Positions 29,965 through 37,312 of a stretch of 53,652 nucleotides of DNA are shown here, piece after piece. The DNA is taken from the IMG/VR virus record IMGVR_UViG_3300020044_005691, positions 1-53,652 of that record, one strand, 5' to 3'. Position 1 is the first letter of the stretch. Each line of letters opens with the position of its first letter. A program made the position numbers and the translations under genes. Source of the stretch: a virus. Its lineage: Duplodnaviria; Caudoviricetes. A model generated the notes under the pieces. That model worked only from the letters and a program-made list of their open reading frames with translations. It ran no database searches and had not been told where the DNA came from.

Positions 29965-30034
29965 ATCCGGCGGGTGGTATTGCACCACCACCAACTGCTA
30001 GCATTGTTTGTTCTAATCCTTAAACTACACCGAA
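29965..30034 (-). ncRNA. Aberrant tRNA-like RNA A
   Basis: Acceptor TTCGGTG/CGCCGGA, D arm GTTT..GAAC, T arm GGTGG-TGCAATA-CCACC; irregular anticodon arm containing TGCTAGC; no encoded CCA. Confidence 0.55.
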
Positions 30035-30099
30035 CTTTGTCATTTGACTAGACCCACAATGACGGTGGTTATAGTACCGACTCTAGTCTGCCTGATTGT

Positions 30100-30174
30100 T
30101 GGAGCCTCTTGTCAGAATCGAACTGACTACCAGCTCATTACAAATGAGCTGCTCTACCGATGAGCTAAAGAGGC
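30100..30174 (-). tRNA. tRNA-Thr(UGU)
   Basis: GCCTCTT/AAGAGGC acceptor, D arm GCTC/GAGC, anticodon arm GCTCA-TTTGTAA-TGAGC, GTCAG-TTCGATT-CTGAC T arm, encoded CCA. Confidence 0.95.
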
Positions 30175-30180
30175 TAAAAG

Positions 30181-30535
30181 TTTGGCCGTCTTTTCCGGCC
30201 TGTCACTAGTTAAAACATTGCAACTAGAAAGTTTTCCCTATTCTTCAGGGACCAATACACTGCGGATTAGGGTCCTCAATGCGCGGACCAAAATTTGCTG
30301 GTTACGGTGTTCCAGCGCAAGCTTACTACGTACTTGCCGCTCACTGGTGGGTTGTGCCGCCAGCCTTTTTCACGTTTTCTAGTAAAGCGTCTTTTACTTT
30401 ATCGGTGTACGACTACTTGTAGAAATGTTGTTGCGCGGACCAAAATGAATCCCTGCCCTTCCAGTCCACTGGTCACTTTTAAGAACCGGAACTGGAAGAG
30501 GCGCGGCTATCCATCACTCGATGGTAGTCTGGGGA
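30181..30535 (-). ncRNA. Putative structured non-coding RNAs between the tRNA-like genes
   Basis: Many stems, a 15-nt exact direct repeat TGCGCGGACCAAAAT (30280, 30432), and no credible ORF. Confidence 0.5.
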
Positions 30536-30538
30536 AGT

Positions 30539-30613
30539 TGGTGTGCGGTGGTGTGGGATTCGATACCCACATTGCCGTAATTTAATACGGGTTCTATCTT
30601 AAACTAACCACCG
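30539..30613 (-). ncRNA. Aberrant tRNA-like RNA B
   Basis: Acceptor CGGTGGT/ACCACCG, D arm GTTT..GAAC, CCGTA-TTAAAT-TACGG (6-nt loop), GTGGG-TATCGAAT-CCCAC (8-nt loop), 3' CACACCA. Confidence 0.65.
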
Positions 30614-30628
30614 AAAAGTGATAGCCCG

Positions 30629-31003
30629 TTAACTCTCTGCGCCAATATCGTTGCCAACAGTAGCTGGCGTGCGAATTACAAATGTGTAAGTAATTACTGA
30701 CTCTGTTGTCAACGTATCCAGCTTAGAGACTTTCTTCACTGTAACTTTTGTCGGAGCATTGCCAGTAGTAAGGGCTGAGTACCACAGGTAGAACCGCTCA
30801 AGAAATCCGTAGATAATCTTTCGTGGATCGCCAGTTGTTGGTTGGCTTTCTGCTCTACCGAGCAGCGGAAGATCGACTACTTTAATACAAAGAAAATCAG
30901 TTGTTTCAGTTCCTCCTCCTCCTGTGGCAGGAGTTGTACCAGCTGCTGTCGTTAATGCGTACGTAGTTGGGAATAAATTATTCGGTGGTGATGTGAATGG
31001 CAT
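30629..31003 (-). CDS. Hypothetical Thr-rich protein
   Basis: 124-aa ORF with an A/C-rich leader. Confidence 0.7.
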   Translation of the reverse strand: MPFTSPPNNLFPTTYALTTAAGTTPATGGGGTETTDFLCIKVVDLPLLGRAESQPTTGDPRKIIYGFLERFYLWYSALTTGNAPTKVTVKKVSKLDTLTTESVITYTFVIRTPATVGNDIGAES

Positions 31004-31030
31004 AGTGTAGTTTGGTTATTTCGTTAGGCG

Positions 31031-31132
31031 TTACTGACAAGACTCACAGACTTCGCCGTCACAAGTAACGGTACAGACTGGAAGCGGTTCGTCGAAGTCA
31101 TCATTATCAATTTCAATCGGCTTGTCAAGCAT
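31031..31132 (-). CDS. 33-aa acidic peptide ending in CxxxCxxxxCxxCQ
   Basis: Translated by hand: MLDKPIEIDNDDFDEPLPVCTVTCDGEVCESCQ; ATG is 2 nt after the upstream stop. Confidence 0.6.
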   Translation of the reverse strand: MLDKPIEIDNDDFDEPLPVCTVTCDGEVCESCQ

Positions 31133-31134
31133 TT

Positions 31135-31389
31135 TTATTGTTCTGTTGGACGTAAGCCGTTATCGTGCAGAGAGTCAAAGATCTCTTGAAGCATCTCGTA
31201 TGTATCATTAACTTCTTCGCTAAGAGAGTCGGAGTATTTGATTTCTTCTTTCGAGATCTGAATCAATTCATCGTAGTCTTCTACGATCTTTTCGTGCATC
31301 TCGACTAGTTTCATACTTGCATCAGCAAGCTTATCGAAAGCTTCGCACTTGTCTTCGTATGCTTTGAGTAGTTCTTCGTATGGTGTCAT
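31135..31389 (-). CDS. Acidic coiled-coil hypothetical protein
   Basis: 84-aa ORF, tightly packed with neighbours. Confidence 0.7.
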   Translation of the reverse strand: MTPYEELLKAYEDKCEAFDKLADASMKLVEMHEKIVEDYDELIQISKEEIKYSDSLSEEVNDTYEMLQEIFDSLHDNGLRPTEQ

Positions 31390-31391
31390 GG

Positions 31392-31586
31392 TTATTTAAT
31401 GTTCGTTATCAAGAATTCGTAGCCAGCTCTCTGAACTCTTTCTTTGATTCGCTCCGCCTTTCGTTGGAGCATCGTCAGCGTTGTCAGTTCGTCACGGCCA
31501 CTATCTACTCTTGTTCGCAACCAGTCAATGAGAATTTTTATTTCGGCGTCAAGTTTCTTGGATCGTGCTTGTTTAATATCTATCAT
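31392..31586 (-). CDS. Hypothetical protein
   Basis: 64-aa ORF, tightly packed. Confidence 0.65.
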   Translation of the reverse strand: MIDIKQARSKKLDAEIKILIDWLRTRVDSGRDELTTLTMLQRKAERIKERVQRAGYEFLITNIK

Positions 31587-31790
31587 TTATTTAATTTTTT
31601 CTAGTGCTGCAATGCGCTGGTTATCAGTAGCAAGAATCAAATCGATGTCGCTAACGAGCGACACGCCTGACTTGTTCTTCGGACAGTCTGCGCCGACGAT
31701 GGTGCGAAGAGCGTTGACCCACTTGACACGCATTGCGAGATTGCTTTTGTCGAGCAGTCCGGCTGCGACTTCTTGTTCTCGTATCGTCAT
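31587..31790 (-). CDS. Hypothetical protein
   Basis: Start reassigned to MTIREQ (ATGA overlap); 'LILAT..QR..AL' C-terminal motif. Confidence 0.6.
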   Translation of the reverse strand: MTIREQEVAAGLLDKSNLAMRVKWVNALRTIVGADCPKNKSGVSLVSDIDLILATDNQRIAALEKIK

Positions 31791-31978
31791 CGTGTCTCGT
31801 CGTTGATTAAGTCTTCGATGTCGATCAGCTTGCCAACAATCTTGTGCGCTGTTGGTAGCGACATGATGTTGTATTTGGCAATCGGCTCGCCGTTTACTTT
31901 CATGACCCACATCGATGATTCCGTTACTTCGGAATCGTAGCAGCCCTGATCGTCGTAAAGTTCTAAGGTGATATTCAT
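31787..31978 (-). CDS. Hypothetical protein
   Basis: 63 aa, ATGA overlaps at both ends. Confidence 0.6.
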   Translation of the reverse strand: MNITLELYDDQGCYDSEVTESSMWVMKVNGEPIAKYNIMSLPTAHKIVGKLIDIEDLINDETR

Positions 31979-32631
31979 TGGTTGTTTTTATGTTTGTGGT
32001 CGTCTTCGATGGTTTTCTTGAAGCTAGTGTTCGCGGCAATGTGATACACGATAACGCCTTCAGGATTCATGAATCCTTTAGCGGCAACACTACCGCGGCA
32101 CTTTAGGTCGTACAACGTGAGCCGCACGATGTCCGTATCGAACAAGCCCTCATACAGAACTGGAACCACTAGACAGCAGTTCGGTGCGTGTTCGGTGTAC
32201 TTTGTTGGCTCATTTGGATTCGGGTTTGCAATCGGAGTGATTGGATAATTGTGCTCAGTCCAACGTCCGGCATTGAACAACGAGAAGAATCGCTCGCCTT
32301 TCTTGTAGCCGTAGTTTCGTTGGATGCCGCTGCCCCACCACTCGCCGAAGTGGTGGCCGACACCTAACTTGAAAAGTTCGGCGGCGTTATCGAGTACCCA
32401 TTGGGCGAAGCCGAAGTTATCGTTTGCTGGCGTGATCCAGCGAGTGCGACTGCCAGCCCAGATTCCTAATGGTTCGTCACCGCCGAACTGTCCACCTAAA
32501 CAGTTCGAGTCTAGCGGATCGTAAGCACCGATGTAGACGCTGGCATTTGTGCCGTCGATTTTCTCAGTGACAATGCACTCGCGGGATAGGCGAGCCATTT
32601 TGGGGAAGGGTCTAAAAGGAAATGTGCTCAT
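31975..32631 (-). CDS. ATP-dependent RNA ligase (Rnl2-like nucleotidyltransferase domain)
   Basis: Motif I TEKIDGTN, GSR, FGEWWG, FSLFN, VPVLYEG, EGVIV, terminal KK. Start set at MSTFPF. Confidence 0.88.
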   Translation of the reverse strand: MSTFPFRPFPKMARLSRECIVTEKIDGTNASVYIGAYDPLDSNCLGGQFGGDEPLGIWAGSRTRWITPANDNFGFAQWVLDNAAELFKLGVGHHFGEWWGSGIQRNYGYKKGERFFSLFNAGRWTEHNYPITPIANPNPNEPTKYTEHAPNCCLVVPVLYEGLFDTDIVRLTLYDLKCRGSVAAKGFMNPEGVIVYHIAANTSFKKTIEDDHKHKNNQ

Positions 32632-32636
32632 ATGAA

Positions 32637-32732
32637 TTACCAAAGGTTTAAGTTGCGGCCACAGTAGGCGATGATGAAAGCACAAGCGGTTGCTTGATGG
32701 AGATAGTAGAGTAGTTTGATTAGTTTCTTCAT
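32637..32732 (-). CDS. Small hydrophobic peptide (31 aa)
   Basis: Translated by hand: MKKLIKLLYYLHQATACAFIIAYCGRNLNLW; ATGA overlap. Confidence 0.4.
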   Translation of the reverse strand: MKKLIKLLYYLHQATACAFIIAYCGRNLNLW

Positions 32733-32926
32733 AAGTTATTTTCTAGCGCATTAAAGTTTCGCTCTAAGGATTCAGTAGCTTCGTCAATATATTGCTTGAT
32801 TCGTTTTGCGTCTGCAATCTTTTTGCGGAACAGATCGAATAGCTCGCTGTATAGCTCTTGTTCGACTGCTTCGTTTGCCGATTTCTGCAAATCTTGCAGA
32901 TCATTTAAATGGTATTCGCTGCTCAT
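32729..32926 (-). CDS. Hypothetical protein
   Basis: 65-aa helical ORF. Confidence 0.65.
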   Translation of the reverse strand: MSSEYHLNDLQDLQKSANEAVEQELYSELFDLFRKKIADAKRIKQYIDEATESLERNFNALENNL

Positions 32927-32936
32927 AAGTAGTAGT

Positions 32937-33380
32937 TCAGTTGCCGTATTCGGCTAGTCCGTGTTCTTGTAGGATAGTTAGTTGTTTAGCTATTTGTTTC
33001 TCTTGCTCAACGGCAAGACGTTTCCAATCATCGCGATCCGCAACAAGTTTGCTGTGGCCCCTCTGCCAGATATGGCATGAGTTCACAGCTTCATCGCGCT
33101 CGCGCTCCACAAAGTTGAACACGTCTTTATTTGAGGTCGCGTTCTCTTTCCAGAGTTTGACTTCTACTTCGAGTTCTTTTACTCGTTCTTCCTGCAACTT
33201 GTAGAGGTCGCGCCTGAACGCTAGATCAAATCGTGCTTCATCGCGTTCGCGTTCAAGCCTCTCGCAGAAATCAAGCTGGTCGTTCCAGTTATCTACATTT
33301 GCTCTGCTGAAAAACCATTTGGTTTCCGGTGTATCAGATACTGTACAGGATTGATGTGTTTTGTTTAATGTATCAGTCAT
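32937..33380 (-). CDS. Coiled-coil protein with ERERDEA repeats
   Basis: 'SDTPET...LERERDEAR...ERERDEA'. Start set at MTDTLN. Confidence 0.7.
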   Translation of the reverse strand: MTDTLNKTHQSCTVSDTPETKWFFSRANVDNWNDQLDFCERLERERDEARFDLAFRRDLYKLQEERVKELEVEVKLWKENATSNKDVFNFVERERDEAVNSCHIWQRGHSKLVADRDDWKRLAVEQEKQIAKQLTILQEHGLAEYGN

Positions 33381-33471
33381 TGTGTTTATTGTTTCAGGAT
33401 ATAGGTGATTGCTGTTGCTGCAACGCAGATCATTACGACACAGCAAACAATTGCTTCTAGTTCTTTTGGGT

Positions 33472-33762
33472 TCATTCCGGTTTCAGGATTCGGGCTTCAA
33501 GCACCTCTTGTACTTTAATTTGTTTCCAGTTTTTCCGATAGAAGTCGTTCGGCCAGCTTGTCCTTAAGTCGCCGACTTTCCAGTCGAGATGCGGCTCAAG
33601 ACAGATCCACATTTCAAACACTCTTGAATCAGATTGAACGCTAGTGGGTTCTTGTTTGAGTAGACTTAAGCTTTTTTCAATACCAATTAAGCGGGCCTCT
33701 ACTTCGGTGTAAAGTTCGCTGTATCGGCAGTTAACGTAGTGTACAATTTCGTCGTCAATCAT
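33472..33762 (-). CDS. Hypothetical protein
   Basis: Start at MIDDE (ATGA overlap); C-terminus 'IKVQEVL' is shared with the upstream gene ('ITVQEVL'). Confidence 0.6.
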   Translation of the reverse strand: MIDDEIVHYVNCRYSELYTEVEARLIGIEKSLSLLKQEPTSVQSDSRVFEMWICLEPHLDWKVGDLRTSWPNDFYRKNWKQIKVQEVLEARILKPE

Positions 33763-34088
33763 TTCAACACCTCCTGCACGGTGATGCGTTTCCATTGATT
33801 GTTTGCGTGAGCGGGGTTCCAGCGGCATATGCTGCCATCAAGTTCTCGTATCATTAAATCAAACGTGCGCGGCTCGTCGGGCTTGATGCGGTAGCAATCA
33901 GGCTCAGAATAGAATGAGAACTCTCCTTCAGCATCATCGACCCATTCTTCTGGCCGCTCTATTAGTACAGGCAGCCCTTCTTTCTCGTCCTTCTGGATGA
34001 AACAGTGCGGCATTCTTCGTTGGATCTGCTTTCCGTCCGCGAGTGCTTGCACAATCGGAAGGTAGTCTTTTGCGTTGTCTTTGTTCAT
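33759..34088 (-). CDS. Hypothetical phage protein
   Basis: 'LPIVQALADGKQIQ...W.D...YRIKP' pattern seen in small phage proteins. Confidence 0.75.
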   Translation of the reverse strand: MNKDNAKDYLPIVQALADGKQIQRRMPHCFIQKDEKEGLPVLIERPEEWVDDAEGEFSFYSEPDCYRIKPDEPRTFDLMIRELDGSICRWNPAHANNQWKRITVQEVLK

Positions 34089-34363
34089 GCGAGTTCGATT
34101 AGTTTGAGTGCGTGTTCGTAGGCTTCGATCTTAATGTGGCCGCGTTCATAACACATCGCTGAATTAGTTTCTTTAGTCTCCCGCTTACAGGATGCAATGC
34201 ATCTTTCTAGTAATGTCCTATATTTTTCGAGATCGAATGCTGTCTGATGCGGCGGTGCTTCATGACGTGCTTCAAGATAAGCTACACGATCTTCGAGATC
34301 CTGTAGGCCGGTTGCCATATTGCTGAGGGCGAGTCGGTAGATGTCATCCATTTCTGTATTCAT
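34085..34363 (-). CDS. Hypothetical protein
   Basis: 92-aa ORF with overlapping junction. Confidence 0.65.
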   Translation of the reverse strand: MNTEMDDIYRLALSNMATGLQDLEDRVAYLEARHEAPPHQTAFDLEKYRTLLERCIASCKRETKETNSAMCYERGHIKIEAYEHALKLIELA

Positions 34364-34370
34364 TATTAGT

Positions 34371-34691
34371 TTATCGGTTTATAAAGTTAAGAAGGAAGGC
34401 GGCGGTCATGCCGTTGCATTTGAAATCAAACGGGTCTTTGTCCGCCTTCCTATTGTTGCAGCGTTCACAAGCAAAGGCTATGTTGCTGGCGGTATGTCCG
34501 CCTCCTTTGCTGATCGGCATGATGTGTTCGAGCGTCAGTGGTGCGAAGCATTTGCAGTAGCAGCACTTTCCTTTTTGTTTCTTCTTTATCTTCTCGCACT
34601 GAGCTGGCGTCGCGTCATCAGCAACGCCAGCTTTGCGTGCACGTTCTTTGTGTCGGTTGTTGCGTTGCCTTAGATGGCGATTGTATGACAT
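34371..34691 (-). CDS. HNH endonuclease
   Basis: CCYC...TLEHIMPISKGG.H..SN...ACERCNNRK. Confidence 0.9.
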   Translation of the reverse strand: MSYNRHLRQRNNRHKERARKAGVADDATPAQCEKIKKKQKGKCCYCKCFAPLTLEHIMPISKGGGHTASNIAFACERCNNRKADKDPFDFKCNGMTAAFLLNFINR

Positions 34692-34906
34692 GTTGGTAAC
34701 GGTATCCAGCCTTTCAGATAAGACTCATCTTCCCATTCGTTGTCGAAGTATCTGTCGCACCAGTCGCCGTCATGCATGTCAGTCTGCGGGTTGGCGTAGA
34801 TCCACTTGTTGCTGGCTTCGTTCCAGCAGCAGCATACTAGCAACGGCTGTCCGAAGTTTGCAAGAAAAATCGTTCCGTCTTTAGGCGCGGTTGTTGATTC
34901 GTTCAT
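34670..34906 (-). CDS. DUF551-like small protein
   Basis: 'TAPKDGT..L...W...GWIPLP'. Confidence 0.7.
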   Translation of the reverse strand: MNESTTAPKDGTIFLANFGQPLLVCCCWNEASNKWIYANPQTDMHDGDWCDRYFDNEWEDESYLKGWIPLPTCHTIAI

Positions 34907-34922
34907 AGCTTTAGTTTGTTAT

Positions 34923-35375
34923 TCAGTTAGCGGCATCGGCTCTGGCATACAGCATCGGCGGTGCTTTCTTGAAGTACTTGAGCAGTGCGGGGCATAGCCA
35001 GCCAGTCAGCTTGTTCTCTGGACAGTAGTAGATGTTGCCGCCTGCTTCGGCACGCTGCCACTCGAACGAGTGGGTATGGTTCGGGAACGGAATGGCAGAG
35101 AACGTGAGTCGAAAGCCGCTCGCAGCGTTCGGGATGTGGTCGGACATCTCCGTCATGATATTGTCCATGCCGCAGACAAAGGCTTCACGCACTAGTCCGG
35201 TAGCTTCGTCGTCGAATACCCAACCGCCAGCGAAAGCATACGGCATGAGGATTTGAATTGCGTTTTGATTTTTACATGTGTTCATATTTATATTCAGTAG
35301 GTTAAGTAATGTATTCAGTAGCGATGGCTGAGTGTGATACCATGTCAGCACGGCGTTGCGTAGTTTTTGTTTCAT
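34923..35375 (-). CDS. DUF6717-like protein
   Basis: 'WVFDDEATGLVREAFV.G.D...GFRLTFSA.PFP...GWLCPALLKYF..AP..LY'; alternative start at 35285. Confidence 0.75.
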   Translation of the reverse strand: MKQKLRNAVLTWYHTQPSLLNTLLNLLNINMNTCKNQNAIQILMPYAFAGGWVFDDEATGLVREAFVCGMDNIMTEMSDHIPNAASGFRLTFSAIPFPNHTHSFEWQRAEAGGNIYYCPENKLTGWLCPALLKYFKKAPPMLYARADAAN

Positions 35376-35391
35376 ATTTCAGTAAGCGTTT

Positions 35392-35424
35392 CATACTACC
35401 ATAATACGGTAGTATGGTAGTATG
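35392..35424. promoter_or_regulatory. Hairpin carrying a TAATAC-G-GTAGTA dyad variant
   Basis: CATACTACCATA/TATGGTAGTATG arms. Confidence 0.6.
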
Positions 35425-35426
35425 GT

Positions 35427-35696
35427 TCAGGAATCATGGTCAATGGTGATCGAGCGAATGGAAGCGGCAATCATGTCTTCGGCGTCATCGCTGAAGTCGC
35501 CGACAGATGCGGCGATAGCAGCAGAAAAGTCGCGCAGCTTGCTGTCGATGTGCACTCGTGTTGACCGCAGTGAGCATGATGGTGCGAAGGCAATCACTGC
35601 CCAGCCCGATGGGCTACTCGGTTCGCGGCGGCTCTTGAGTTCGACTTCAATTTTGGCGTCACTAAGTTCGATCGATGTTACAGTTTTTTCAGGCAT
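35427..35696 (-). CDS. Hypothetical protein
   Basis: 89-aa ORF co-oriented with its neighbours. Confidence 0.55.
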   Translation of the reverse strand: MPEKTVTSIELSDAKIEVELKSRREPSSPSGWAVIAFAPSCSLRSTRVHIDSKLRDFSAAIAASVGDFSDDAEDMIAASIRSITIDHDS

Positions 35697-35738
35697 TAGA
35701 ATAGTAATAGTAAGAGAGTTATGATTGGGGTTACGGCT

Positions 35739-35777
35739 ACCGCTGTCAGCATGATTATCATCTGAGCTGACAGCGGT
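35739..35777. other. Intergenic hairpin
   Basis: 12-bp stem ACCGCTGTCAGC/GCTGACAGCGGT with no U tract. Confidence 0.5.
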
Positions 35778-35804
35778 TCAGTTGGTTTGTTTCGATGTTG
35801 CATG

Positions 35805-37241
35805 TCAGCGGGCTGCGACAGTGACACGCTCGCCGAACGTGTAGTATTCAGGATTGCGTCCGTAGTCCAGCCACAATACGGGATAGCTCGGCTCTGTCAA
35901 GAGCGGCCAGTCGTATGCATCGCCGTCCGTGAGATAGACTAAGCCGTCAACGAACGGTGCGTTCTCTTCAATCCAATCGAAGGCTGGCTTGAAGAGTGTG
36001 CCGCCGCCGCCTTTGAGTGCCATTGGAACTTTGTCACCGACGCGCAGTTCGACATGCTGTTGCAATCGATGGTCAACGGATAGCAAGTGGATTGCGTCTG
36101 GCTTGAGTGTGTCGAGTGCATCTTGCACGGCTTCGAGCATCTCCGCTAAGATCGACTGCGGCACAGAGCAGCTAGTGTCGATGACAACGGCTATCTCATT
36201 GATAGCTTTGCGTTGTCGACCAGCGGATACAAGACCCGTTGATGTGTAGATCGGTGCGTTGAATGGCTTGTCCCAACCGGAAGTGCAGCGAGCGGTTAGC
36301 CACTGCTTCAGATAGTCACACCAGTCAAGACCGCAGCGACGCGCTCTGAGTGTGCTGACGTCTCGTGTGCCGGACGAGCCGACTAAGCCAGCACGCTGAT
36401 TGAGTTGCTCTGAGATAATGATCTGCTCGTTAGCGTCGTCAATCGCACGGGCGGCGTCCGCTTCGGTCATGCCAGCTTCGTCATCGGCTTCGGGTTTGAC
36501 GGTATCGTCGGAGCCAGCACCGACCCATTCGCTGCCAAGTATATCCGCATCGGTCTGCTTGCCAGCACCAGCATCAGCACCAGCATCAGCGTCTGCACCA
36601 GCATCAGCACCTGCATCTGCACCTGCATCTGCACCTGCATCTGCATCTGCATCTGCATCTGCATCTGCATCTGCATCTGCATCTGCATCTGCATCTGCAT
36701 CTGCATCTGCATCTGCGTCGTCACTGTCTTGCGGTTGCGGCTGTTGCTTCGGCTGCTCTGGCTGCACTTTCGATAACTCCCGATAGAGTTGCTCGACCGA
36801 CTTGTCACCGCTGAGTGCTTCGTCGATTAACACGTTCTCGATAAGCGGGAACGGCAGCATCTTGCCGCCCGATTGCTGGTAGACTTCTTTGTTACGGCGG
36901 ACGATCATCGCGTTGATGATGTAGTCGGCAGCGATGTTGGCGGTCTGCTTGTTGCCGAACTCAGCGAGCCGTGAGCCGTGAGACAGCAGTGCGTGCAGTG
37001 CCTCATGCACTAGCAAGAAGGCACAGTGTCCAATCGGGTCAGACGTTACTTCAATAGTTGTGATGCCGTTCGGGTTAAGCAGCAGCCGCTTGCCGTCGGT
37101 CGCACCGTATGGCGTGTGGCTTGTGGCTTGCCAGTCCATAGCGAGAAGCTTGCTGTATGCAAGCGGCCAGTGCTGGCGGATGCGTCGCATCGAACGGGCT
37201 AGTGTGCTGTCGCTGTTAATGTCGTAAGTAATCGTGTTCAT
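35805..37241 (-). CDS. DUF2201-type metallopeptidase plus vWA-domain protein
   Basis: ATDG, HEALH, NIAADYIIN; acidic DA linker; MIDAS DTSCS, GGGGT.F, YLTDG. Confidence 0.9.
   Translation of the reverse strand: MNTITYDINSDSTLARSMRRIRQHWPLAYSKLLAMDWQATSHTPYGATDGKRLLLNPNGITTIEVTSDPIGHCAFLLVHEALHALLSHGSRLAEFGNKQTANIAADYIINAMIVRRNKEVYQQSGGKMLPFPLIENVLIDEALSGDKSVEQLYRELSKVQPEQPKQQPQPQDSDDADADADADADADADADADADADADADAGADAGADAGADAGADADAGADAGAGKQTDADILGSEWVGAGSDDTVKPEADDEAGMTEADAARAIDDANEQIIISEQLNQRAGLVGSSGTRDVSTLRARRCGLDWCDYLKQWLTARCTSGWDKPFNAPIYTSTGLVSAGRQRKAINEIAVVIDTSCSVPQSILAEMLEAVQDALDTLKPDAIHLLSVDHRLQQHVELRVGDKVPMALKGGGGTLFKPAFDWIEENAPFVDGLVYLTDGDAYDWPLLTEPSYPVLWLDYGRNPEYYTFGERVTVAAR
36562..36718. 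repeat. Coding hexamer VNTR: (CTGCAT)13 at 36635-36712 plus degenerate copies
   Basis: Read directly; encodes the (DA)n/(DAGA)n linker. Confidence 0.95.
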
Positions 37242-37312
37242 GTGTTTCAGGTTGTGGGGTAAAGGGTTCAGGTAACGGGAAGGGTTGGACTTCCCGCTGC
37301 TGATAGTGTAGC

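Noticed and set aside
29965-30613. Stop-codon reassignment implied by CUA/UUA in the tRNA-like loops
   Set aside because: Long genes are intact under code 11; TAG, TAA and TGA all end genes at sensible positions; the tRNA-like loops are non-canonical.
36400-36808. ORFs with MQMQ.. and ASAS.. repeats
   Set aside because: They are alternate-frame readings of the hexamer repeat inside the vWA gene.
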